64,000 nucleotides of DNA from Myxococcota bacterium (GTDB lineage: Bacteria; Myxococcota_A; UBA9160; PR03), in assembly GCA_041611735.1 (NCBI GenBank), contig JBFIML010000007.1, forward strand, positions 1-64,000, read 5' to 3'. Positions 8,708-17,024 of the stretch are shown here, in pieces; positions within the stretch are counted from its first letter, which is position 1, and each line of letters begins with the position of its first letter. A model generated the notes under the pieces. It saw nothing but the letters and a program-made list of their open reading frames with translations, had not been told where the DNA came from and did no database searches. The position numbers and the translations under genes were made by a program.

Positions 8708-10143
8708 GGCCGCCGACCCGCTGCCAGGGAGCCGAGGCCGCAGACCATGCCGTTCAGGGCCAGCCCGATCACCCCCACGTGGACCCCGCCCACCCGGCTC
8801 ACCGCCCAGAGCGAAGCGCCGGCCGCGAAGGCGCTGCCCACCACGAGGCCCGCCAGCGCCGGCGCGGCCCGCAGCCGCGGCCAGTGGAGGGCGAGCAGGA
8901 AGGCCGGCACGCACTGGATCAGCAGCTCCATCTTGAGCTCGATGAGCCTCCACAGCGTGACCCGCGGCGTGAGGGCCAGGGCCACCGTGACCCCCATGAT
9001 GACGAACGCCGCACGCTTGCCCAGGCGGGTCGTGGCGGGATCGTCGCCCGGCCGGGCGAGCAGGTCCCCGGCGATCACCGACGAGAGCGAGAGCAGCACC
9101 GAGTCGGCCGTGGACATGATGGCGGCCAGGGCGCCCAGGAAGACCAGCACCGCCAGCAGCGTGGCGCCGGCGCCGGCGTTGCCCCACTCGCGCAGGATGC
9201 GGGGCATCACGCGATCCGCCTCGAGGGTCCCGAGCCCGTCCAGCTGCGGGATCGCGACGATCCCGATCAGGGTCACCACCAGGGTCGTCGCGAGCGGCAT
9301 GAACGACATGAGCGCCAGGGAACGCCGCAAGGAGGCGCCACTCTTCGCCGCGTAGATGCGTTGGATCGCCTGGGGATAGACCACGCTGGCGAGTCCCATC
9401 AGGACGAGGCTGCTGGCCCAGTTGGCGCACTCGGCGGCGTCGGGCACCCCCACCGCCGCCGGGCGCAGCTGCGCGACGGCACGGGTGGCGTCGGCCAGGC
9501 CGCCGGAGACCTCCAGCAGCCAGGCCAGCAGCGTGGCGAGCCCGACCAGCATGAGCACGCCCTGGGCCGCATCGGTCCACGCCACCGCGCGCAGGCCACC
9601 GAGCGTCTCGTAGAAGAGGATCACGCCGGCCAGGCCCACGACGCCGCCCGCGTACGGAATCGCGCCGCCGGTGATCTCACTGGCGACGAAGCCCATGGCA
9701 GTGAGCTGGGCGAGCAGGAAGTTGCCGAGTGCCACGGTCATCAGCAGTGCGACGGCGACGCGCAGGGCGTCGGCGGCAGGCTCCCCGGCGAAGCGGACCC
9801 GCACCCAGTCGCCGGGGGTGACGAAGCCCCGGCTGAGGGCGATGGGCCGCAGCCGGGGGACCAGGGCGTGGAACGCCACGACGATCGCCATCATGAAGCC
9901 GGTGGCCATGATCCACGAGAAGCCGCGTCGGTACGCCTCCCCGGGGTAGCCCAGCAACGAATTGCCGCTGTAGGCGGTGGCGTAGAGGGTGAGGAACAGC
10001 ACCAGCGTCCCGAGATGCCGCGCCGCCAGGAAGTGGTCGGACGGCGTGCGGTCGAGACGGGCGCGCCGGGCCACTTCGGCGACGCCCACCAGCACCACGA
10101 GATAGACCCCGACGGCCAGCAGACCGACCTGCTCGAAGCTCAC
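8704..10143 (-). CDS. Sodium:solute symporter (SSS) family transporter
   Basis: Polytopic membrane protein with YATAYSGNSLLGYPG, GGLRAVAWTD, AAIMSTADS. GTG at 10143. Confidence 0.9.
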   Translation of the reverse strand: MSFEQVGLLAVGVYLVVLVGVAEVARRARLDRTPSDHFLAARHLGTLVLFLTLYATAYSGNSLLGYPGEAYRRGFSWIMATGFMMAIVVAFHALVPRLRPIALSRGFVTPGDWVRVRFAGEPAADALRVAVALLMTVALGNFLLAQLTAMGFVASEITGGAIPYAGGVVGLAGVILFYETLGGLRAVAWTDAAQGVLMLVGLATLLAWLLEVSGGLADATRAVAQLRPAAVGVPDAAECANWASSLVLMGLASVVYPQAIQRIYAAKSGASLRRSLALMSFMPLATTLVVTLIGIVAIPQLDGLGTLEADRVMPRILREWGNAGAGATLLAVLVFLGALAAIMSTADSVLLSLSSVIAGDLLARPGDDPATTRLGKRAAFVIMGVTVALALTPRVTLWRLIELKMELLIQCVPAFLLALHWPRLRAAPALAGLVVGSAFAAGASLWAVSRVGGVHVGVIGLALNGMVCGLGSLAAGRRP

Positions 10144-10427
10144 GAAGCGTCCCCACTGGAGGACTCGGCGTCGGGGATGTCGACCAGCAGCCAGGCCAGG
10201 GCGTTCAGCACGGCGACGCCCACGTAGCAGGCGAGCGCCACCGCGACCCAGTCGGGCAGCCCGAGCCAGACGCGCAGGGGCCCCTCGGGAGTGCGGTACC
10301 AGGGGATCGAGAAGACGTAGCAGAGCGCCATGGCTGCCAGCAGCAGGCGCACGACCCGGCGACGCTGGGGATCCCTGCGGCGAGGCGGCGGCGCCGGGTG
10401 GATCGAGTGCGGCAGCGAGACGGGCAC
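10140..10427 (-). CDS. Small two-TM symporter accessory protein (DUF3311/DUF997-like)
   Basis: SIPWYR...WLGLPDWV with two hydrophobic helices. Its stop overlaps the SSS start. Start codon is uncertain. Confidence 0.65.
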   Translation of the reverse strand: MPVSLPHSIHPAPPPRRRDPQRRRVVRLLLAAMALCYVFSIPWYRTPEGPLRVWLGLPDWVAVALACYVGVAVLNALAWLLVDIPDAESSSGDAS

Positions 10428-10451
10428 AACCCCTCCGAGCGCGCGGGACGC

Positions 10452-11513
10452 GTGGAGCCACCCCGGCCGGCTGCTACAGTAGCTGCCCTTCGTTTCCGGA
10501 GGGTTCCTCCGATCCACGCGACCCCCGATGCTCCGGAAGACCGCTCCCCCGCGGCGGCCCTGCTCGCCCTGCGCGGTGCCCTCGGCGGTGCGCTCATGGG
10601 ACTCGCCAACCTGGTGCCGGGCATCAGCGGAGGCACCATGTTGCTCGCCACGGGCGTGTATCCGCGCTTCGTGGCGGCCATCGCCGAGCTGACGACGCTG
10701 CGGTTCCGACGCCACTCGCTGCTGCTCCTGGGGGTCGTAGCCGGCACCGCGGCGCTCGTGATCCTGCTGCTGGCGGGCGCCACGCGCACGCTGGTGATGG
10801 AGCAGCGCTGGATCATGTACAGCCTGTTCGTGGGGCTCACCCTGGGCGGTGTCCCGATCGTGTGGCGGCTCGCGCGCCCGGCCACGACGGCGCTCTGGGC
10901 GGGGGCCCTGGCGGGGCTCGTCGCGATGGCGGCCATGACCGGGATCGCCCCCCAGCAGGGCGGCGGGGGCGACTCCTCCAGCGCCATGCTCTTCGTGGGG
11001 GGGCTGGCCGGAGCCGCAGCCATGATCCTCCCGGGCGTGAGCGGGGGCTATCTGCTGCTGCTGCTGGGTCAGTACCTGCCGATCCTGGCGGGCATCGACG
11101 CCCTGAAGCGGGGGCTCGAGCCCCTGGCGAGCGGCGAGGCACCAGACGCGGTCCTGCTGCGCGCAGGACTCGCCGTGGCCATTCCGGTGGGGATCGGCGT
11201 GGGGGCGGGCGTGGTGGGCGTGAGCAATGCGGTGCGCTTCGCCCTGGTCCGCTTTCCCAAGCCGACGCTCGGCGTGCTGCTGGGCCTGCTGGTCGGCGCC
11301 GTGATCGGGCTGTGGCCCTTCCAGCACGCGGTGCCCCCGGCGCAGGACAACCCCCATCCGCAGGCGCTCGCCGCGGCCACGGATCCCGAGGACTGGCCGC
11401 TGGAGCGCTTCCGGCCGAGCCCCGCCCAGGCGGGCGGCGCACTGGTCCTGATCGGGCTCGGCTTCGCCATGACCGCCGCCATCGCGCGCGTCGGCGGCGA
11501 CGACCGCTCCTAG
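10452..11513 (+). CDS. DUF368 family membrane protein (PopT-type undecaprenyl-phosphate translocase family)
   Basis: Two re-entrant repeats, MGLANLVPGISGGTM and AMILPGVSGGYLLLLLGQY. Start codon is uncertain (10398-10596). Confidence 0.85.
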   Translation: MEPPRPAATVAALRFRRVPPIHATPDAPEDRSPAAALLALRGALGGALMGLANLVPGISGGTMLLATGVYPRFVAAIAELTTLRFRRHSLLLLGVVAGTAALVILLLAGATRTLVMEQRWIMYSLFVGLTLGGVPIVWRLARPATTALWAGALAGLVAMAAMTGIAPQQGGGGDSSSAMLFVGGLAGAAAMILPGVSGGYLLLLLGQYLPILAGIDALKRGLEPLASGEAPDAVLLRAGLAVAIPVGIGVGAGVVGVSNAVRFALVRFPKPTLGVLLGLLVGAVIGLWPFQHAVPPAQDNPHPQALAAATDPEDWPLERFRPSPAQAGGALVLIGLGFAMTAAIARVGGDDRS

Positions 11514-11544
11514 GGGCTCGGCGTTCCCTGCTCCTGCCGCGGAT

Positions 11545-11565
11545 GGGAAGCGCGCTTCCCTTTCC
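11545..11565 (+). terminator. Possible weak intrinsic terminator after the DUF368 gene
   Basis: Hairpin GGGAAG-CGCG-CTTCCC followed by TTTCC. The U-tract is short. Confidence 0.3.
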
Positions 11566-11691
11566 GGCGACTCCCAGGATGCGCAGGGCGCGTGCAGGAA
11601 CCACCTCCAGGAAACCGGCGCCAGGGAACAAAGCCCGAGTCCGTCCGCACCGGCTCGCCGACGCACGCTTCTTGCAGCGTCCTCTCCCGCC

Positions 11692-13116
11692 ATGCCTCGA
11701 AGCCATGCGCTGCAGGGCGCGGTCCGCGCCGGGCTCGCGCTGTTCCTGCTGGTCCCTTCCGCGTGCCTCCACTACCGGGACGTGAAGCGGGACGATCGAC
11801 GTCAGCCGACGGTCAACACCGGGGTCGGGGGGACGATCCTGTATCCCGGACAGGCTCCGCCGCCCCTGGTCTGGCCGCCGCCCGGCAGCGTGGTAGCGCC
11901 CCCCGGCAGCAGCGCCTCCGGGAGCAGCTCCGGAAGCAGCAGCGGCGCCACGTCCGGCGGCGCAGCGGGCGCGGGCCCGTCCGGGGCCGCGCCGGGCGCG
12001 CCGGCTCCGGCCAGCTCGGGGCCGGTCCTGATCGGAGGCGCCGATCTCGACCTGGAGCGTCACCAGGAGATCCACGACGAGCCGCTCTGGACCCATCCGG
12101 TCTGGTTCCCCTTCGCGGTGGTGCTCTACCCGGTGCGCAAGGTGCGCGACTGGATGCGCCGCGATCCCGATCCGCAGGCGAAGCAGGCCGCCGCGGCGGT
12201 GCCTCCGCCGGTCACGCGCCAGGACGTGCAGGCGGCCCACGAGCGCGCTCAGCTGGAAGCCCTGCGGCGCCAGCTCGAGACCCAGGGAGCGGCGCCAGCG
12301 CCGCCGGCTCCCGCGCCGCCCCGCTCCGCCGCGCCCGTCGCTCCCGGGCCGGGCCGATTCGGTCGCCCGTCCTCCATCGCCGAGGAGCTGGCGGCCTTGC
12401 GCGGTCAGACCGGTGCCGTCCCGCGCTCCGAACCCGCGGCGGAGATCTACCGGCCCGCCCCGCCCCTGCCCCGACCGAGCGCACCCCCTGCCGGCCTGGC
12501 CGACCGGGTGCACGATCGCAACGGCGATGGCCGCCCGGACCACTGGGAGCACCGGGAAGCAGGACGGCTGGTGCGCGAAGTGTTCGACGACGATGGCGAC
12601 GGCGCGCCGGATCGCAGCGTCTACTACGACGCCGGCACGGGCGAGCGCCTGCGCGTGGAGGAGGACATCGATCGCGACGGGCGCACCGATTCCTGGGCCT
12701 ACTTCGAGCACGACCGCCTGGTGCGGCGCCGCGCCGACACGGACGCGGACGGCGCCGTGGACCATTGGACCTTCTTCCGCGGCGAGACGATCCTGCGCGA
12801 CGAGCGAGACACCAACGGGGACGGCTTTCGGGATCGCGTGGACCTGTACGAGGCCGGGCGACTGGTGCGCCGCGACGAGGATCGCAACGGCGACGGGCGG
12901 GGCGACCGCGTGACACGCTTCGATGCCTCCGGAGCGCCCAGCGAGCTCGAGGAGGACACGGACGGCGACGGGCGCGTGGACGTGCGCTCCTACTACGCGG
13001 ATGGGAAGCTGGTGCGCCGTGAGCTGCTCACGGAGCTGGCAGCCCGCGAAGCCCTGGAGCCGCTGCCGCTCCTGGACGGCTCACCGGCCCCGGACGAGAC
13101 CGCGCCGACCCCGTGA
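11692..13116 (+). CDS. Putative lipoprotein with Pro/Gly/Ser-rich linker and C-terminal Dx[DN]xDG repeats
   Basis: Signal with lipobox-like LLVPSAC, low-complexity middle region, and seven Dx[DN]xDGxxD repeats. Confidence 0.75.
   Translation: MPRSHALQGAVRAGLALFLLVPSACLHYRDVKRDDRRQPTVNTGVGGTILYPGQAPPPLVWPPPGSVVAPPGSSASGSSSGSSSGATSGGAAGAGPSGAAPGAPAPASSGPVLIGGADLDLERHQEIHDEPLWTHPVWFPFAVVLYPVRKVRDWMRRDPDPQAKQAAAAVPPPVTRQDVQAAHERAQLEALRRQLETQGAAPAPPAPAPPRSAAPVAPGPGRFGRPSSIAEELAALRGQTGAVPRSEPAAEIYRPAPPLPRPSAPPAGLADRVHDRNGDGRPDHWEHREAGRLVREVFDDDGDGAPDRSVYYDAGTGERLRVEEDIDRDGRTDSWAYFEHDRLVRRRADTDADGAVDHWTFFRGETILRDERDTNGDGFRDRVDLYEAGRLVRRDEDRNGDGRGDRVTRFDASGAPSELEEDTDGDGRVDVRSYYADGKLVRRELLTELAAREALEPLPLLDGSPAPDETAPTP
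12514..13026 (+). repeat. Seven tandem 24-26 aa coding repeats, each with a Dx[DN]xDGxxD loop
   Basis: Motif starts at 12514, 12586, 12664, 12736, 12808, 12880, 12955 (DRNGDG, DDDGDG, DIDRDG, DTDADG, DTNGDG, DRNGDG, DTDGDG). Confidence 0.85.
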
Positions 13117-13619
13117 GGCAGACCCCGCGCGCCCGGCTCCGGCTGGCTGCCGCCCTGCTGCTGGGGTTGACGGCAGGCGCGGCGCCGGCCGCTCGCTCCG
13201 CCGGGGCCGACGCGAAGCTCTCCCGGCTCGAAGCCGATCTGCATCGCAACGTGAACGCGGTGCGCACGCGGCACGGACTCGTCCCCTTGCGCCGCGACGC
13301 AGCCCTCGATGCCGTGGCCCGCGCCCACAGCGAGGACATGGCCAGCCGGGGCTACCTGGCCCACGAGAACCCAGAAGGACTCGACGCCGCGGGGCGTCTG
13401 CGGAAGGCGGGCCGCAGCGGCTTCAGCCTGGCCGGAGAGAACGTGGGCCTCACCAACCGCCCCTCCGCCAATCGCGAGATCCTGTCGGGCTGGCTCACCT
13501 CGCCGGTGCACCGGCGCAACCTGCTGGCTCCGGTCTTCAACGCGGCCGGCCTCGGCATCGCCCGCGCCGCCGACGGCACCCTCTACTACACGCAGCTCTA
13601 CGTCACGTACCCGCGTTAA
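13113..13619 (+). CDS. Secreted CAP/SCP (YkwD-like) domain protein
   Basis: Signal peptide, then N-VR-HGL-PL, ARAHSEDM, AH, GENV, WLTSPVHRRNLL, YYTQLY. Confidence 0.88.
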   Translation: MRQTPRARLRLAAALLLGLTAGAAPAARSAGADAKLSRLEADLHRNVNAVRTRHGLVPLRRDAALDAVARAHSEDMASRGYLAHENPEGLDAAGRLRKAGRSGFSLAGENVGLTNRPSANREILSGWLTSPVHRRNLLAPVFNAAGLGIARAADGTLYYTQLYVTYPR

Positions 13620-14488
13620 GGCTGGAACGTCACGGTCCGGCGTCGATCGTGCCAGTAGACGTCCATGGGCGCGGCGAGATCCATGGCCGCGGGCAGCAGC
13701 ACGTACCCGAGCACCACCTCGCCGGCCTCGAGTGCTCCGAAGTGGCCCTGCACCACGGCAAGCTGGTCCGCATCCTCCGCTTCCGGCTGGAAGGCCAGAT
13801 GCCCCTGGACGAAGGTGAAGTGTCCGCCGAAGCGCTCGGCCTGGCGCGCCGCGGCCGCGAAGAGCAGCACGGGCCCCGGCTCCGGCCCCGCCCGGCCCCG
13901 GCGGGCCTCCCGCACGCGAGCCTCGAACGCCGACGACCAGGCCAGGGCCACCTGCAGCACCTCGCTCCCGGCGGCGGTCTCCTGGACGAAGCGGGCGGGT
14001 ACCGCCCGCTGGGAGAGCTCCACGATCTGGAACAGATCACGCAGCTCGGCGTCGCTCAGGCCGAGGTCCACGGGGCCGGCGGCGCGGGACGAGGCCAGCG
14101 CGGGCTGCTCCCCCGGCGACGCCGCCTGCATCCCCGGCTGCGACTCCACGCCCTCCGCGCCGAGCGCCCGCACCTTGCGGGCGGCATCGATCAGGTTGTA
14201 GGGATTGTTCGGATTGGCGCCCTCCTGGTAGACCTCCCAGGTATAGGGTCGCGGCAGGTACTCGGGCCGCAGCGGGGGCACCTCGTGGGGCTCGACCCGC
14301 TTGGCCTGCTGACACGGCACGTCGCCGGGCGACTGCACCACGAAGATGCTGCCGTCGGGGCAGACGCCGGTGATGCCGGCCGCAGCCGGAGTCCCCGCCA
14401 GGAATCCGACGAGGACGGCCCACGCACCGGCCGCGGGCCGCGGGCGGCCGAGGGGACGGCGAGGGTCGGGTGACGATCCGATCCGCAT
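13616..14488 (-). CDS. Hypothetical exported protein
   Basis: Signal-like segment ending PAAA, a Cys pair (CPDGS...C), and a clean upstream promoter. Confidence 0.65.
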   Translation of the reverse strand: MRIGSSPDPRRPLGRPRPAAGAWAVLVGFLAGTPAAAGITGVCPDGSIFVVQSPGDVPCQQAKRVEPHEVPPLRPEYLPRPYTWEVYQEGANPNNPYNLIDAARKVRALGAEGVESQPGMQAASPGEQPALASSRAAGPVDLGLSDAELRDLFQIVELSQRAVPARFVQETAAGSEVLQVALAWSSAFEARVREARRGRAGPEPGPVLLFAAAARQAERFGGHFTFVQGHLAFQPEAEDADQLAVVQGHFGALEAGEVVLGYVLLPAAMDLAAPMDVYWHDRRRTVTFQP

Positions 14489-14521
14489 GAGGAGCATCCG
14501 CAGGGTCCCTTCCCGACGCTC

Positions 14522-14551
14522 ATCCTAAACGATCTTCCTGCGTAAAATCAA
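14522..14551 (-). promoter_or_regulatory. Putative sigma70 promoter for the 13616-14488 gene
   Basis: Minus strand TTGATT-N18-TAGGAT in a locally AT-rich intergenic stretch. Confidence 0.45.
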
Positions 14552-14587
14552 AGCATTACGGCCACATGGCGAGAACCCTGACGAGCC

Positions 14588-15406
14588 TCAGGAGGAGGGC
14601 TTCGCGGGGCCTCGCACGGGCTTGGAGCGGGCTCCTGCACGAGCCCTGCCGGCTGCGGGCGCGCGGGGGCGCTCCCGCACGTGGCGGCGCAGGGCTCGCA
14701 GCTCACGGGATTCCAGGGGACGCGCCGCGCCCGCGGGCAGACGACCCAGACGAAGCGGCCCCATGCGAACGCGTACCAGGCGCACCACCGGATGGCCCAG
14801 GGCGGCGAGGGCGCGGCGGATCTGGCGCTTGCGACCCTCGCGCAGGACGAGGGCGAAGCGGGTGGTGTTGCTGGGCGCGTCGGTCCGCGCCGGCCCCACC
14901 CGGGCCGGAGCCGTGCGGCCGTCCTCGAGCTCGACGCCCCGGCCAAGCTGGCGCAAGGCGGCCCGCGACACCCGGCCGCGCACCGTGACCCGATACTCGC
15001 GCTCCGTGCCGAGCGCGGGATGCAGCAGCGCGTGGGCCGTGGCACCGTCGTTGGTGAGCAGCAGCAGCCCCTCCGTGTCCCGGTCCAGGCGGCCGACGGG
15101 AAACAGGCGCTGGCGCGCCCCGGGCACCAGATCCAGCACCGTGTGCGACGCGAACGGATCGCGGGTGGTGGTAACGACACCGCGCGGCTTGTGGACGAGC
15201 CAGTAGACGGGCCGCTCCCGGGCGACGGGCCGCCCATCCACGGCGATGCGGTCCGCGTCGGGATCCGCGCGGTCCCCCAGCCGCGCCGGTACGCCGTTCA
15301 CGGTGACGCGCCCTGCACGCAGCAGCGCCTCGGCGCCCCTTCGCGACGCGACGCCGGCCGCCGCCAGGATCTTCTGCACGCGCTCCGGCCGGGGGGAGCG
15401 GGACAC
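14588..15406 (-). CDS. rluB: rRNA pseudouridine synthase (RluB/RsuA family)
   Basis: S4 domain ERVQKILA-AGVASRR, HKPRGVVTT, catalytic GRLD-DTEGLLLLTNDG, EGRKRQIRR. Follows scpAB. Confidence 0.88.
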   Translation of the reverse strand: MSRSPRPERVQKILAAAGVASRRGAEALLRAGRVTVNGVPARLGDRADPDADRIAVDGRPVARERPVYWLVHKPRGVVTTTRDPFASHTVLDLVPGARQRLFPVGRLDRDTEGLLLLTNDGATAHALLHPALGTEREYRVTVRGRVSRAALRQLGRGVELEDGRTAPARVGPARTDAPSNTTRFALVLREGRKRQIRRALAALGHPVVRLVRVRMGPLRLGRLPAGAARPLESRELRALRRHVRERPRAPAAGRARAGARSKPVRGPAKPSS

Positions 15407-15427
15407 GCGGAGGTCGCCGAGGCGTCC

Positions 15428-16081
15428 TCAGTGGACCCCGGAGCCCGGCGGAAGCCCGTCGCTGGCGTCCGCCGTCTCGGGAACCGAATCCTCCCCGCCG
15501 GGGCCGTGGGCGGACAGGGAGACCGTGTCCTCGTCGGGCTCCTCCGTCCCCCCCGGCGGAAGCAGCTCCTCGAGCTCGCGCAGGGTCGGCAGATCGCGCA
15601 GCGAGGTCAGGCCGAACACCTCGAGGAAGCGACGCGTGGTGCCGTACAGGAGGGGGCGGCCCGGCACCTCCCGATGACCGGCGATCCGCACCAGCCCCCG
15701 CTCCATCAGGGTGCGCAGCACCGCCCCCGCCTCGACACCGCGCACGTCTTCCACCTCCGCGCGGGTCACAGGCTGCTTGTAGCCCACGATGGCGAGGGTC
15801 TCGAGCGCAGCCTGGGAGAGCCGCAGCGGACGCTGGGGACGGAGCTGCTGGAGGTACGGGGCCAGCTCGATGCGCGTGCGAAGCTGGTAGCCCCCGGCCA
15901 CCTCCTCGATCAGGAAGGCGCGGCCCTGGCTGCGGTACTCGTCGTTCAGCTCCGCCACCAGCTCGCGAGCCCGTGTCCCGTCGCACTCCGGCACCACCGC
16001 TTCGATGCGCGCGGCGGCCAGGGGTTCGGGAGAGGCCACCACCAGGGCCTCCACGATACGGCGCTGCTCGTCGCGCTCCAT
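15428..16081 (-). CDS. scpB: SMC-Scp complex subunit ScpB
   Basis: VAGGYQLRT, LSQAALETLAIV-YKQPVTR, PGRPLLYGTT-FLEVFGL. Confidence 0.95.
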   Translation of the reverse strand: MERDEQRRIVEALVVASPEPLAAARIEAVVPECDGTRARELVAELNDEYRSQGRAFLIEEVAGGYQLRTRIELAPYLQQLRPQRPLRLSQAALETLAIVGYKQPVTRAEVEDVRGVEAGAVLRTLMERGLVRIAGHREVPGRPLLYGTTRRFLEVFGLTSLRDLPTLRELEELLPPGGTEEPDEDTVSLSAHGPGGEDSVPETADASDGLPPGSGVH

Positions 16082-16090
16082 GCTTCCTCC

Positions 16091-16927
16091 TCAGTCGATC
16101 TCGGCCACGTGGGTGCGCCAGTCGCCCCGGTGCTCGCCCTCGCCGGGGCGCAGCCGGATCGTCCCCTCCGGGACGCCCTGCTCGCTCAAGCCCTGGTAGA
16201 GGCGCAGGGCGGCGAGCCGCGTGAGCTCGAGGACCGCCAGGAAAGTGGCGACGATCAGGGCGCGCGTGGGCGGACCCCCGTCCGGCCCGCGGAGTACGAC
16301 AGCCAGCTCGATCGCATCCGTCCCGCGCAGCGCCTCCATCACCGCCTCCATGCGCTCGCGCACGGTGATGGGCTCGGAGAGCAGCTCGTGCACCACCTGG
16401 ACGTCGCGTGCCTCGCGCAACACGCGGCGAAGCGCCTCGAGGAGCTCCAGCAGTCCGACCTCGATCTCCCGCTCGCCCTCGGGCGGCGGCTCGGGCTCGG
16501 GACCATGCACCTCGAAGACGTCGCGCCCGAGCCACGGGCGCGCTTCGAGCTCCCCCGCCACCTCCTTGAAGCGCTGGTACTCCAGGAGCCGCGCCAGCAG
16601 CTGCGCCCGCGGATCGCCCTCCTCCTCCTCCGGGCCCTCGTCGCTGGGCAGCAGCAGCCGCGACTTGATCCAGGCCAGGGTGGCTGCCATCACCAGGTAC
16701 TCGGCGGCCACTTCGAGGTGGAGCTCCCGCATCAGATCGAGGTACTCGAGGTACTGCTCGGCGATGCGCGCGAGGGACAGCTCGGTGATGTCGAGCTCGT
16801 TGTGGCGGATCAGGTGCAGCAGCAGGTCGAGCGGCCCCTCGAAGACGGGCAGCTTGATGGCGCAGGCCTCACTGGCGCCGGTGATCGGCTCGAAGACGGG
16901 GTCGGAAGGCGGGGTGCTCGAACTCAT
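16091..16927 (-). CDS. scpA: Segregation and condensation protein ScpA
   Basis: FEGPLDLLLHLI, AAEYLVMAATL-IKSRLLLP, TFLAVLEL. Confidence 0.95.
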   Translation of the reverse strand: MSSSTPPSDPVFEPITGASEACAIKLPVFEGPLDLLLHLIRHNELDITELSLARIAEQYLEYLDLMRELHLEVAAEYLVMAATLAWIKSRLLLPSDEGPEEEEGDPRAQLLARLLEYQRFKEVAGELEARPWLGRDVFEVHGPEPEPPPEGEREIEVGLLELLEALRRVLREARDVQVVHELLSEPITVRERMEAVMEALRGTDAIELAVVLRGPDGGPPTRALIVATFLAVLELTRLAALRLYQGLSEQGVPEGTIRLRPGEGEHRGDWRTHVAEID

Positions 16928-17024
16928 CGCCTCTTTCGCGGAGGACGCGGGGCGCAAAGCAGTCGGGGGGTGAAGGGGAGTATGCTCGATCCGAGGCGCC
17001 GCAGCAACGCCGGCCACCCGGCGC

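Noticed and set aside
11661-11676. Sigma54-like ACGCAC-N5-TTGCA upstream of the lipoprotein gene
   Set aside because: It lacks the invariant GG at -24.
12514-13026. Roughly 72-nt periodicity as a CRISPR array or DNA tandem repeat
   Set aside because: The repeat is conserved only at the protein level inside an ORF, with no identical DNA repeats and no cas genes.
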